Source of the DNA: the human T2T-CHM13v2.0 reference genome, Homo sapiens
DNA length: 64,000 bases
Assembly: GCF_009914755.1 (NCBI RefSeq)
Contig: NC_060940.1
Strand: one strand, 5' to 3'
Part shown: positions 15,381 through 29,207 of the stretch, in pieces
Position numbering within the stretch: position 1 is the first letter of the stretch
Layout: every line of letters starts with the position of its first letter
Made by a program: the position numbers and the translations under genes
Notes under the pieces: generated by a model
The model's input: only the letters and a program-made list of their open reading frames with translations
Told to the model about the DNA's origin: nothing
Databases searched by the model: none

Positions 15381-15719
15381 CTCAGTGGAGCTTCTTCCTT
15401 CTTTTTGACTCTCATGACCCTGTCCTCAGCAGATTCACCTGTGACTATATCTGTTTCTCTTTCTGGGTCTTATCTCTTCTTGTGCCGCTCATGTTTAAGT
15501 ATCTCCCAATATTCAGTTAATAACATTTTCTGTTTTCTGTAGGTAGAAACTGCCATGCCCACAGGTCGAGCTATGACATGCATACTGATGCCTCCCAGAA
15601 GTACCACTTCAATCTCTGACCTCCCTCCTGAGCATCCAGATTTGAATTTGCATCTTTCTGTGAGCATCTCCAAGTAGATGTCCTTCAGGCACTATTCATA
15701 GGTTGAAAAGAGTGCAGAG

Positions 15720-16230
15720 CAGAAAGATGAATAAAAGCACAAATGCTGGGGTCAAATCTCTGAGATTCAAATCCTGGCTCTGCCACTAAATAGCTATATG
15801 TCTTTAAGCCACCTAATTAACCTCTCTGTGCCTAAGGATTCTCATCAGTAAGATGGGGATAAAAATACTTGCCTTATAAAATTATTGAAATGGTTATGCT
15901 AAAAAAAATGTGCAAAGTCTTTAGAACAGTGCCCGGCACATGTTAAGTACTGTTTAGCTATCAGCCATAATTTTAAAAATAGTGTTTTTAAAATCAGTAA
16001 TATTATTGACAACCTTTTCTGAATATTGTCCAAGTGCTTTACAGGGATTATTTCACTTATCATGGGAATGATCCTATGAGATAGCCACTGTTATTATTCC
16101 TACTTTACAGATGAGGAAAAGAGAGGTTAATTAGCCCAAGGACACACAGTTTCCCCAAGATCAAAGAGTCAGTGGTGGGGCCATAATTTAAACCAGGGCA
16201 GTCTGACTTCAGATCCACACTTTTGACCTG
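15720..16230. mobile_element. Two MIR fragments in opposite orientation within an L2 remnant (~15560-16580)
   Basis: 'ttcaaatcctggctctgccact...cctctctgtgcct...aagatggggat...agtgcccggcaca' and 'ttttacagatgaggaaa...cccaaggacacacag...cagtctgacttcag'. Confidence 0.7.
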
Positions 16231-18813
16231 GGCTTCCCTGCTCAATTACAAATACCAAATTGACTCCTTATCTTCTCCCCAGAACAGCCTCCCTTTCCGG
16301 TTTTCTCCCCTTTCCCCAAGATTACCATTACAGCCCCTTTCTTTTTCACCTGTGAATTAGCAAATGCTGCACCCAGAATCTTTCCTCCACCTCTACCCCA
16401 TTCTCTTCTTGCTGCCCTGACTAGTTGAACTATCCTCTTTATCTTAACCTGTCGTGACACCACCTCCCTGGTCACCGTGCTCTTGCCTTCTTGCCTTCTT
16501 GCCTTTCCAATTTATCCTGCTCACTGACACCTCAGTTGCCATTTGGAAACGAAAATAGAATTTTCAGCTTGATAACATTAAGGCAGAGATGTTGCAGCAA
16601 ACAAACACTTCAGCAGGCAAGACAAATATGTTTCAGATATTTTTTAGCAGCTAGAGAAACTCCAAAGCAACAGCCAGTGATTTAGAACAGAGGCTCCTCT
16701 TACGAAGCAGACAGGCTGTAGAGATAGAATTCAAGGCTCAGCAGACATGTATCTCCTGTTATATAAGCAATCAGAATTCTCTTTTCCAATTGAACAAATC
16801 CCTCTCTGCTTTGATGGGGAAACTGGGATGTCAGTTTCGCTAAAATGAAAATTCTATTTCACAGCAAAATGGTTCCAGTCAACTGGAGAGAGAGAGAAAG
16901 AGAAATCATAACTGTTTTCCCCTCCCCAGCCTAGCATCCTCCCCACCCCCTTAACATGGAAAACTCCTATTCATCCTTTAAAGCCCAGGGAAAATGTGCC
17001 TTTTCTGTTGAAGCCCTTTGTCAACTCTTCCAGACACTTTCTCCTTTTTAATCATGCAGTAGAACATGGCAGTTAGGAAAATGGGCTCTTTGGAAAATAT
17101 TCAGTGTTCAAATGCTGATTTTGCTATTCATTAGCTACATGGCTGTCAGCAAGTTGCCTCGTCTTACTGTGCTACACTTTTCCTCATTTGAAAAATGGAG
17201 GGCGGTCTCACCTCTCTTTTTATATGTGATTATTTGGAGGATTAAAAGGGAAAAATTATGAAAAGCATTTAGCTCAGCAGCTGGCACTTGTCAGTACCCA
17301 GTAACTGTTACCAGCTGAATTTTATAGCCATAAAATAAATACAAGCATCCTAGGAAATTATAATACCCATAGGAAGCATGAGATTTTTTTTCCAAATTAA
17401 GAAAAAAGATATAGTAGTCTTGGAGTAGTTTCTCTTCCTCTTAAAGGAAAAATAAAATGTCAGACTTTCTTACATTCTCATAGGTCAGTAGGTTGTTCCT
17501 ATAGCTATGGGGACAATATAGTGAGGGTATGAGGCAGACTTCAAGTTACAAGTTAGGGTTTGATCCGATGTCTTGGACATTTGCTTGGATCTGTACAAAC
17601 CAGGATTCTGTCCAAGAACTCCTTTGATGAGGAAGTGTTGCTAGAACTTGGCCTATGAGCTCTGCCTGCTGGGAATTAGTTTTAGCAAAGAGAGAGAGAG
17701 AGAGACAGAGAATATCATGGTGATGAGTGCTAGGACATTGTCAAGGCTCTTTTAAGTGTGACCACCAGGGGACAGCAGGAAAGATAGGAGAAGACCTAGA
17801 GTTCAACTTGGAGTACTGAAAGCCTTCCCTTTCCTTCTTTTCTCTCTGTGAAGGTTGTTTTCCTTCTTTGGGGAGTTGCAGGCCCATTTGGTAAATGAAG
17901 TGTCATATGGAGAATTTTCAGCAGATGCTTCTCTTCTGATAGGGAATGGCAAAGCCCCCTAAATTCATGAAACATATGCAGGTGCCAGCCAACTTTGCAC
18001 TGCCTTCATGACACCTCATCTGTTTTCTCAAACAGCCAAGCAGCACTCTGTGCCCTTAGTGAAGTAAGGGGGAATAGGGGCCAAAAGGGCAGCGTGAAGA
18101 CCTAACTGTTGTCCTCCCTGACAGCTGTCGTTTTGTGATGCTGCTGCTTGCTTTTCATGAAATCTGTGACCAGCTCCATCCCTATCGTGCCCCCTGCCTC
18201 TGTAACCAGATTTTTGAGTCTACATATAGGTTTACTGAGATGACATTTACTTATTCATTGATTCTGTCTTTGGAAGATGCCTCTTCCACCCATACAAGGT
18301 ATGCTGAATAATTGGTACTCAGAAGTGTAATTAGCCACACATATAAGACATCAGAACTACTATATGGGAGGCCCAATGACTGATCATGAATATACACAGT
18401 GAGAGAAATGTCAGTCTTGTGTGAATTATCTTATTTAAACCCCTCAGCCACCAATAAGTTACCTTCTACTTTTACATCCTTAGATCAGGAGTAAGATTCC
18501 AAGTTCTATAATGATGGCCAACCAAGACATTACAGAACAATTGCCATGCTCTACCAGTAGTAATACCTGACATTTATTGAGCCAATAATATCTAGACCAT
18601 GGCTGTAGCATATTTCCTACATAGAGGGGAATTTACTCAACACCATTCTTGATCAGCTGCCCAAACCCCGCAGTATTATATAAAGTGACTTCCCTGACAA
18701 GTTGCCCCAAGGCATTCCCATAAGTGTACTGGCATTGTGGTTATATACTATGAAATATATATTATAAAATGCATTTTTCTCTGCTCATGTTTTCCAGCAG
18801 GTTTAGGAGTCAC

Positions 18814-18911
18814 CTAAAATTATTGAACATCTTGCTTCCAAACAAAATAAACTGTATTACACATTCAGCTCTACATAATAACAGGAATTTCTTTTCTCTG
18901 AATCGTCCAAT
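18814..18911 (-). CDS. Weak candidate exon F of the putative spliced ORF (IGRFREKKFLLLCRAECVIQFILFGSKMFNNF)
   Basis: Open in phase 0; donor TAG|GTGACT, or read-through to TGA; acceptor atypical (ttttttt-A15-g|). Confidence 0.15.
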
Positions 18912-19588
18912 CTTTTTTTTTTTTTTTAAAAAAAGTTTTGTATGTATGTGTGTTCTGAATACTATATGCATAGATTTTAGCTTGAGAGAACTGATTAACT
19001 CACATTGCATCTTGGGAGGCAGATTAGCTAGGCATCAGTTTTAAAGAATTAGATTTAAATAGAGGGCAAAGAATTTCCCAGAAAAGATGAGCAGAATAAA
19101 AAATATAAAAGAGAAATTCTCAAGATCAGGACATAGAGCTAGGTTCCATAGATGCTACAAATTGAAATGAACCTTGATCCTACTCTCAAGGAACTAAATC
19201 GAGCTGTCACAATCTCTATGAAGCAATTGTAGAGGTAATTAAAAATATGACTGAGGTAGTCACAATTGAGAGCATCAACTAAGGTCAGTGAAAATTGGAG
19301 CAGGAGGTCTGGCTAGACACAAATTTGGGAGATTCGAAGCAGTTGAATTCTCAAGCAGCGTTCAGACACAGAGATTAATGCTGGTCAAAGGAAAAATTGT
19401 TCAGTACCAAGGACAGCTCCCTAGAAAGCTTTTATTCCCATAGATCTCTGGGCAGAGACCACAGGAGTATTTTGGTAGCTGTGCTCTCTCTCGTAATAGT
19501 TCATTGCACAAGCATTCTCATGTGATAATGTGTGCACATGACAGCATCTTTTACGTACCGATTAAATTACCAGTGGTACCATTATCAT

Positions 19589-20050
19589 TGTATTACGGTT
19601 CTGCAGAGGGACAGAGCTAATAGGATATGTGTATATATAAAAGGATATTTATCAGAGATAATTCACCCACGTGATTACAAGGTAAAGTCCCACTATAGGC
19701 CATCTGCAAGCTGGGGAACAGAGAAGTCCATAGTGGCTCAGTCCGAATCCGAGAGCCCCAAAACTAGGGAAACCAACAATGCAACCTTCAGTCTGTGGCC
19801 AAAGGCCCGAGAGCTCCTGGCAAGTCACTGGTGAAAGTCCCAGAGTCCAAAGGCTGAAGAATGTGAAGTCTGATGTTCAAGGGCAAGAGGAACAGGAGGA
19901 AGCATCTAGCAGGGGAAAAAGAAGTAAGACGGAAGACCCAGCAAGCAAGGTTATCACACCTTCTTCTGCCTGCTTTGTTCTAGCCATGCCGACAGCCAGC
20001 TGGATGGTGTCCACCCACAATGAGGGTGGGTCTTTCTCTCCCTGTCCACA
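19589..20050. mobile_element. MLT2A/B (ERVL) LTR
   Basis: 'tgtattacggttctgcagagggacagagctaatagg', 'aaagtcccactataggccatctgcaagctgggg', 'agtccaaaggctgaagaa...gtctgatgttcaagggca'. Confidence 0.85.
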
Positions 20051-20269
20051 GTAAAAGCTGTGTAAGTGGATAAGATTAATAAGGGATAATGTGAAGGGAG
20101 ATGAGAACAAGGGCTACATCTAGAACCTAGGAGGAACACTCATATTCCAGTACTGGAGGAGAAAGTGGCATAAGTCTAGAACCGTTCCAGAGAAGGAGAA
20201 AACTCTCAGGAAAGTATAGGATTAGTGAGGTGAAGAGAAGAATAAATATCCAGAAGAGGGTTAATTGTT

Positions 20270-20790
20270 TAAGCTATATTAAGCTGCAAATAAATGAATT
20301 CCAGTACTAGATTAAACAATAAATAAATGTAATTAATTCATATAAAGTGATTGAAGGTAGGCAGTTAAGAGTGTTTCAGCAGTGTTTCAGCAGCTCATCA
20401 TAATATTATGAATCTTAGCTCTCTACATCTTTCCAATTAATTATCCTCTGCATGTTGACTTCTTGTCCCTGTGTTTATTGCCTGATGGTTGCAAGACGGC
20501 TGATGCAACTCTAGACACATCAAGATCATGTTGAAATGAAATGAGATGAGAGTGGGCAATGGAGAGAAGATTCATGATCTTTTCTTCCATCAGGAAAGAA
20601 AATCCTTTCCAGAAGTTCCTATAGACTTCTTATGATTTTTAATTATTCAGGACCAGATTACATGGCCACCCCTACTGTTGAGGAGACTAATGAAGTATTT
20701 GGCTTTTCCAGGCTTTGTTGTTAGCCTCCAGTAAGGATGCAATTGGAAATGGACTTTGTGGTGAACAGCCAACAAGATTGGCCACAGTGG
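20270..20790. mobile_element. Old MLT1-type MaLR LTR remnant
   Basis: 'tgatggttgcaagacggctg', 'catggccacccctactg' motifs; degenerate. Confidence 0.5.
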
Positions 20791-21542
20791 AATTAACGAC
20801 ATCAGTGTTCTTTCAGACATTGAAATGCTTTTTCCATAATTAGTTCTTTTGAATAAGCTGATAAAATAGTCAAGATTACCCAAAGCACCTTCTCATGAAA
20901 GCAGGAAACAAAGTTTTGGCAATCCTTAGCCATGATATTTTGGTTGCTAAAATTGATGGCATTTCTTACTTTTTAAAAAACTGTCATATGAACAAGTGTT
21001 TAGTTCATCTTTTTCTCATATGAAAGTTAAGTTCTGACTTATTCATGTTGGTCTCAGTTTTTAAGAATCAATCATACAGAAAAGTTGGTAGATTTTGTGG
21101 ATTTATAGTAGAACTACTTAGCTAAAAATTTGTTTATCATTTGAAGGCCATGTTCCCCTTTAATTAGATATTCTAGAACCTCTGGATTTTTCCATAATAC
21201 TATTTTTCGTAAGTTGTACTGTATAAAAATAATTCGTTTTGAAGATGTTGTATCATTGAACTAAAAATCATATTAATACTCATCCAAAGAATTACACAGT
21301 CATTCTCTTTAATAGGGGAACTTAAGAAACAGAACTGTTTCCTATGATGTTTAGGAGACATTCAGTGAATTTTGATCATGATGAACTAGAACATCCAATT
21401 CTAAGTTGGACACTGGTCTCAGAAAGAATGCTGGCTGCAGAGGTCTTTGAGATAATGAATCATCTGGTTTCTTATAGTATTAATGCTTATAATTAGAGAC
21501 AGAAAAGAGTTTAATTTCTTGCACGAATTAATTAATACTTAC

Positions 21543-21613
21543 GATAAATGTCTTGAAAGCTCTTTCTGGTGTCTGGTTCAAAAATTGCAGTTCTTGAGGT
21601 CTGTTAATTCCTT
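21543..21613 (-). CDS. Candidate exon E of the putative spliced ORF ((E)GINRPQELQFLNQTPERAFKTFI)
   Basis: Acceptor cttttccattttag|, donor ATC|GTAAGTAT, 71 nt, open in phase 1 to 0. Confidence 0.4.
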
Positions 21614-22983
21614 CTAAAATGGAAAAGCTGGTAAAGGTTGTGACACTGCTGCTAAAGTGATCTGTGAATTAGAGGACGTTTGACTTCTCCTCTGACCTCT
21701 AAGCTCATGTGGCCATTTGCTTGCATGACCTCTCATTGAGATTACCCAAAGTTGCCCCAACTTTAAAAGGAAGATAATAACAGTACTTTCCTCATGAGCC
21801 TGTTTTGATAATTACATAAGATGCTTAGAAAAGTGCCTGGGACACAATGAACACTCAGAAATGTTGGGTAGGAACAATGGTTATGATGATCATGATAAAG
21901 GAGGAGGAGGAGAATTTGGCAATTATTTCCTGAGTACCCACTATATGTAAAACACTATGCCAAATACTAGGAATACAAAGGTAAATTAGACATGCAAGAT
22001 TTACGTTCCAGAAAGCTTCATTTTTGTGTTCTCTAATTCTGTACATGTCTTTCTTCCATTTATAATGTAGATTTACATGTAACAGCAAACTCACTGGAAA
22101 TGTGTTTCCCCCCATTTTCTGCTATATTGACCCTGTATGTAGAAATAACCAGGGTCCCACAAAAATCTGTTTTGTTTTCTTTATTGATGAGCACAGTTTA
22201 AGAATTGTGTAAGTCCTCAGTAGCCTCTAAAGTATTTCAGGCATTTTCAACATGACATGTCAACACTCACCCAAGAGACCATCTTTTAACTAAGTCGTTA
22301 TTGAAAGTTCTCATTTTGTTCACTTCTTCAGAAAATTCAAAGAAGAAAAAAAGCCTAAAGCCACTCACTCGTTGCTCTTTCAATGGCATCACCATTGTGT
22401 GATCTATCTTCTTCTGCTAGAAGGAAATTCCAGGAATCCTTGATCTCGCATCTTTTAAACTGATTTCACAGAGGGTATCCCTGACAGCATTTAAAAAAAA
22501 AAAGCAAACAAGAAAAACCTCAAATGGGTAGAATTTTTCTAAAACTCTGAAATAAAAGTTTATAACTGATTTTCAGGTTTCCTATTATTACCTAGGCACA
22601 CCTAAATGAATACTTGAAGAATGGGGTTGTAAATACTCCCAGAGGCAACTGCAGCAATCATGATCATATGTCTGTTGCAGTGGAATTCTTTAGTATAAAT
22701 TATTGTATATTAAACCCTAATAAATATGTAGGATCAAAACATGTGTTTCTGGTTGTGGGGACTGCAAGATGTGCAAGTCCCCTTGTCCCTGTTCTGGTGG
22801 CCCTTGAGCATTCCTGCCAATCTTTGGAACTTCAGAGAATGCCAGAGTTGTGGGGAAAGATAATTCTTACTTTCTACCCCCATTTCCCTCCGTCCTATGG
22901 CAGTCTGGGACGTGGCTGTACACTATAACTAAACTTTAAGACATCTACAAGTAAGAAACGTGAATAAGAACTTCACCTGGGAA

Positions 22984-23323
22984 AACAGTCTAGAAGAGGG
23001 AAATCCAACATGGACTGAACAGTCTAGAAGAGGGAAATCCAACACGTACTGAACAGTCTAGAAGAGGGAAATCCAACAGGGACTGAAAAGTCTAGAAGAG
23101 GGAAATCCAAAACGTACTGAACAGTCTAGAAGAGGGAAATCCAACATGGACTGAAAAGTCTAGAAGAGGGAAATCTAACACGTACTGAACAGTCTAGAAG
23201 GGGGAAATCCAATGTGGACTGAACAGTCTAGAAGAGGAAAATCCAACATGGACTGAACAGTCTAGAAGAGGAAAATCCAACATGGACTGGACAGTCTAGA
23301 AGAGGGAAATCCAACATGGACTG
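22984..23323 (+). repeat. 34-bp minisatellite (VNTR), 10 copies, consensus AACAGTCTAGAAGAGGGAAATCCAACATGGACTG
   Basis: Units start at 22984, 23018 ... 23290; head-to-tail with no spacers; variants CACGTACTG vs CATGGACTG. Confidence 0.97.
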
Positions 23324-24412
23324 CTGTGCACCAGCCTACATCATAGTCACGTGGTTAGCATTGGTTGCATATCTGCAGTAGCCTAGAGTTTAATCACACA
23401 AGCAGCCTTGGAGCTTTAGTTAATTTCAGTTGTTCAAACTAGTTGGATTTATGAAGGCCTTGCCATGCCCTTCATCCCCCACTTTTGAAGCCTCTCTTGA
23501 TTATTTTTTTTAAGCTGCTGTGGTAAGAGGTAATTCTGGATGGAATATTAGTTAGACTGAGGCAAACTAATATAAATAATATTGGACTATTAATTTTGGA
23601 AGGGTCACTAAGCCCCCTCAAAAATAAAAAGGAAGAAATTACACATTTTCATAAATGGTTTTGCAAGAATGAAAAAGTAATCTTTAGTCCTAGACAAATG
23701 CTCTTGGAACATTATTGTATAATTTCTGGTTCTTTTCTCTCTCGACTGTAGTTATTTCACACACATTACAGATGAAGCCACTGTATCAGTCAGAGACCAA
23801 TTTTAATCCCAAGGTTGATTAGACAGGTAGCTCTTCGCAGCTTGTGCACTCTCCCTTTGTTCTACAGCCCTACACTCACACAGACAAAGATTTACACACA
23901 AGTAAGGATTTGGCCTGATTCGTTAGTGGAACATCCTGATGAACACTTGGTTGCATTTAACCTTTTGCTGCAACAAAAAGTCCCAAGGTTGCCATAGTAA
24001 TGGGAAATTAAATCCACAGAGCTATTCCTTTTCCCTTAGTGGTTCTGGCATGCTATCACACCATAGCATGCTTACAACCTCGGTCAAGAAAGAGCTGTGA
24101 TCCCACCGTTTGTCCATCGAGTTCTAAGCTATGGTATTTGTAAAAGGTCATTCTGCTCTCCCGACATTAACCTGAATGGAACAGCTGGAACGTAAATTGG
24201 AAGGAGGAGTGATGATTCTCCCTTTGGCCATTTGATGACTTGGGAATTAAATGGGACCCAATATGTCATCTAACGTTAGTTCCAGCCAGTGTTTCAGCCA
24301 CAGGACATCTCGGAAAGGTGGTCATTTGGCTCTTGCCTGAAGCAATCGAGGAAGGAGAGCCCAGTTCTGGAATTAGACAATTATTGTTCTTACCCTTGAA
24401 CCAGCCACTTAC

Positions 24413-24465
24413 CTGCTGCGTTCCCACTCTTGGCCAGGGGCCAATTAATGAATGAAACAAGCTCC
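24413..24465 (-). CDS. Candidate exon D of the putative spliced ORF ((R)ELVSFINWPLAKSGNAA), alternative to 28580-28704
   Basis: Donor CAG|GTAAGT, acceptor cttctctgtgagcctcctgagtgcag|, 53 nt, phase 2 to 1; may overlap an L2 remnant. Confidence 0.3.
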
Positions 24466-24734
24466 CTGCACTCAGGAGGCTCACAGAGAAGATGATCCAG
24501 TTTATGCTACCGCATCTCCACCATAACTCCCCTTTTAGCTCATTAACTCCCTCAAAAATATCCTTCTGCTAATTCCTCTCCCTTCCCCTCTCTTCCACTG
24601 TTGCCTTTGGAGCTTTCACTTTATCCTAAACTTCTTTATGTCTTTAGTCATCTCCTAGAACACACATTTCCTCACCTTTAGAGAAACTTGACTCTTTCTT
24701 CAACTAATCTGCAGTGTTCAAATATGAATACCTT

Positions 24735-24830
24735 TCTGTCTTTCCTTCTTTCTCTTTTTCTTTCTTCCTTTGTCTCTTTCTTCTTCCTCCTTTACTTCCT
24801 TTCTTTTTTTCTTTCTCCCTTCCTTCCATT
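24735..24830. repeat. CT/TTTC low-complexity tract followed by a reversed L2 3' end
   Basis: Polypyrimidine run, then 'ttcattcaacaattattt...tgtgcccagcactgttctaggcact'. Confidence 0.75.
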
Positions 24831-25503
24831 TATTCATTCAACAATTATTTATAAGGGACTTAATATGTGCCCAGCACTGTTCTAGGCACTACAGATACAG
24901 CATTGAACCACCCTAATTAAGCTTGCATTCTATTGGGGAGAATGAAAATAAAATTAAAATTAAAATGAGATATATAGTAAATTAAATTAGAAATGCAGTA
25001 GGGTTTCTTTTTAAGTGGAGGTGGTCCTTTCTCCTATCCTCCCAACTTCTTAACTCCAATATTTCAAAGCTAGGAGGAGAAATCAGTATTCCCAGGGACC
25101 CTTTGGAAGAACCTTTCTTCTTTCACCCTCTTTCATCCATTCCTTCTCTGAAGCTCATGCCATCTGATTAATCACACTATGTTCACTCCTCCCAGCCTCT
25201 GGGTTTCCACCCTAATGCATTGAGATTCTAGGGCTCTGGATTCTGGTTCAGTTTTCCTGTCTCCTTTCAGCATTTGAGTGATTTCTGCATCCGATTTAAA
25301 GGGTCAGTTTCTTGATTTTCATTATTCCAATAATGTTTCTCTCCCCCTCATTTGAGAAGCCAACTCATAAGACTAAACTCTAGTCCTTGCTAATATGCCA
25401 ACTACTCTAATTCCAATATTTCCCACCATAAATCTCCTCCTGGACCATAACCTTTTGTTTCTCCCAATTTTCTCTCTCATGGAAACAACTCCCATGGAAA
25501 CAA

Positions 25504-25504
<1 letters not shown>

Positions 25505-25534
<30 letters not shown>
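25505..25534. repeat. (CA)15 microsatellite
   Basis: Direct reading. Confidence 0.95.
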
Positions 25535-25539
<5 letters not shown>

Positions 25540-25571
25540 GTGGTTACCTTTTTGCCAGTTTTCCAGCCTCC

Positions 25572-25708
25572 TGGACTGAACAGTCTAGAAGAGGGATCCA
25601 ACATGGACTGGAAGAGGGGAATCCAACATGGACTGCTGTGCACCAGCCTACATCATAGTCTGCCTACATGGTGCTTGGCATGTAGATAGAATGAGAGATG
25701 CTGAATGA
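25572..25708 (+). repeat. Chimeric dispersed duplication of 23283-23348 and 27581-27620
   Basis: 25620-25660 identical to 23308-23348 (41/41); 25669-25708 matches 27581-27620 (38/40). Confidence 0.92.
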
Positions 25709-25821
25709 TAGTCCTCATTCTCCCTAAGCCCTTAGTGATTATGAGCCCCTCCCACTTGTCCTACCAAACTTAAACTTCTTATTAACATGACCCATCTCTT
25801 TTCTCCTCTCTTGCTGTTAAG

Positions 25822-26595
<774 letters not shown>

Positions 26596-28579
26596 AAAAT
26601 ACCAGCACCACTAGATAACACAGCAAGGGAGTGCAGTGATTATGGTGCCTTGTGCCTTCAGGATTCTCCTCCACCCTCGGCAGGCCTGGTGCTACTAAGC
26701 ACCTCTGCACTTATGGTCTGCTGTCCTGTTCCACCATTCTCTTTCCCAGCACATCAAGAACCAACCACAGAGTTGACAAGAGGCCACTTGTAACAATGTG
26801 AGCTTCTGTTCCCCTAATAGTATTAACAATTACATTCCTGTGACTCCTTTCAGGGCCGTGAAGATGTTCCTTGGACCCAGGCAAAGGCAGAACTGCTGAC
26901 AGCTTTGGCTGCTCCATGTCACCTCATTTGTGAATGGCGACAGAAAAGCCAGGGTGATCTGTAGCTGATCCTCTGGTCAGTTCCACTGGCTCAAATTAAA
27001 ATTTTAGAGAATCGGTCTCTGGTATATTTCCCCTTTGCAGATGACACAGAGAGGGTCATTTATGTTCATAAGTTGGGGCGAAAGCTCCACTGGCTAGTAG
27101 CAGCATTTGAATAGGGGGAAATGGCACCTTTTGACTGCTCATGTTTATTATGGGAGGGGAAAAATGAGTTTTATTATTGAACTTCATGTGACCTTCCATG
27201 GGATCCAAGAGGGATTCAATGACTGAGAAACACAGGAAAAACAGCAGGCAGCAAAAACAGTGAACTAGCTCAAGAAATATGTTTTTTTGTTTTTAAAAAC
27301 ATTGGAAACATACTACAAGTCCCTAATTAGTTTGACCTCCATGGTTAGATTTTTTTTTTTAACTCCAATATTTTCCTGAGTTGATTTTAGCTTTGTTTGT
27401 TTTTCCATTGACAAGATTCATTTTTAATTGTGTTGTCAAGTTAGAGAATAGGATTCTGCTTTTGAAAAAAGTGCTTCGTGGCATGGAGATAACAATAACT
27501 TTTCATAACTTGTGATGTTTTGTTAAATAACTTCCTGAACGAGCCATGGTAATAAGTGCTAGCCCAAGAAATCAGAACTTTGGTGCTTGGCATGTAGAGA
27601 GGATGAGAGATGCTGAATGAATGAGAAATAAGTAGATATACTAGAAATTAGTCCGTAAGACAAGGGGATGGATGAGATTCTGTATCGGTTTGCGATTCTC
27701 TTCTTGCCTTTGTTCCTTTGGGGAATAAGCTACACATATTTATTTGTTGATGTTTTATGGAAAATCTATTTGGTGCGTGAATTCTGTTGTTTTCTTGTGA
27801 AGTTCATTGTTTCAAATCTCCCCATCTTCCAATGCATTCAGGCACTATTCTTGGTTTATTTGTTAAAATAACTGTTGCACTGGGCCAATCCATTACATTT
27901 ATCTTTAATAACCAACTCTAGGCGTTTGTTCGGTCATCACTTTCCCTGTCAAGGGGCACAAATATCTTCTCTCATCCATTTCCTAGGGGGAAGTATCTTC
28001 TTTTCTTGTCTTGATAAGACAGTTACCAAAGGAAGAAAGAGGAAAGCCTTATCCTTTGAAAGACGGCATTAATTCATGTGCATTTGGCAGTGGGAGAGGA
28101 TATTGCAGTCTGGGGTCAGCTATGACTTAAGACTTTCTATAAGACTGGATCTGAACAAGCCATAGCATTTACGAGAAGGTCCTTTTGTGTGTTGTGACAC
28201 AGACTGGTATCCCATTTATGACAAGAGTGGCCCATTTTCTAAGATTGGTCCAGAGCAGGACACTCTTTGACCAATCTCAACCACCTGATTTCCTCATGAG
28301 GTACAGGGGACTTATGCAAACCTCTCCTTTAATATGGAAACCTCTCCTTTGATGACCCATCTTTAAGGAAAGGGTTAGAACCTTCAGTCTGGATTTTATT
28401 CATTATCATGTCCCCTATGCCAGGCTCAGAGACTTCCTGTGATTATATTTGTTGCATGACCATTACATATACACTAAAAGACAATGAAGACACACACACA
28501 CACACACACACACTCACACAGCATTGAAGATGACCCAAAAGAGAGAAAATGAAGCTTGAGAAAAATAAAAATAAATTAC

Positions 28580-28704
28580 CTGGTCTCCAGCCAAACAACC
28601 TACTCAGAATGCTGAGGGGAAGGTGACCAGTTGTGGCTAATCTTTCCTTAGAACTTGTGCTCTGCTTCTGTAACTTGGCAAGCACAGGCCCTTTTGTAAA
28701 ATAC
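28580..28704 (-). CDS. Candidate exon D' of the putative spliced ORF ((R)YFTKGPVLAKLQKQSTSSKERLATTGHLPLSILSRLFGWRP)
   Basis: 125 nt open in phase 2 to 1; donor CAG|GTAATT; weak acceptor attataaag|. Confidence 0.22.
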
Positions 28705-28736
28705 CTTTATAATATTCCACTATGACATGAACCACG

Positions 28737-29207
28737 TTTTTATTTTATTTTATTGTGGTAAGAACACTTAACATGAGCTCTACCCTCTTAACAAATATTT
28801 TTGAGTAGACAATCCATTATTGTGTACACAAGCTATCTGGAGCTTATTCAGCTTGCCAAAAGCTATCTAGAGCTAATTCAGCTTGCCTGGCTGAAAACTG
28901 ATGCCCATTGATTATTAATTCCTCATTTCCCCTCCCTTCAGCCCCTGGCAACCACCATTCCCCTCTTTGAGTCTATAAATTGGACTGTTTTAGGTACCTC
29001 ATCTAAGTTGATCTGGTACAGACACTATGGGACACACTATGGAGTTTCCTCAAAAAATTAAAAATAGAGCTACCATGTGATCCAGCAGTTTCCCTTCTGG
29101 GTATTTAAAAGAATTGATATCAGGATCTTGAGGACGTATTAGGGCTCCTGTGTTCACCACAGCAGTACTCACAACTGGCAAGATGTGGAACCAGCCTAAG
29201 TGTTTCC
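28737..29207. mobile_element. Short L1MA (L1MA8-10-like) with 5' inversion
   Basis: Reversed 3' end 'ttttattgtggtaagaacacttaacatgag' to ~29008, then sense ORF2-end 'tggtacagacactatgg...ctcaaaaaattaaaaatagagctaccatgtgatccagca'; degenerate TSD tgacatg(a/c)ac at 28723 and 29208. Confidence 0.85.

Noticed and set aside
22580-22945. Additional minus-strand exon candidates near 22.6-22.9 kb
   Set aside because: In-frame stops or phase incompatibility with the neighbouring exons; weak splice signals.
22984-23323. CRISPR-like array (34-bp repeats)
   Set aside because: Units are contiguous with no unique spacers, there are no cas genes and the context is primate DNA; it is a minisatellite.
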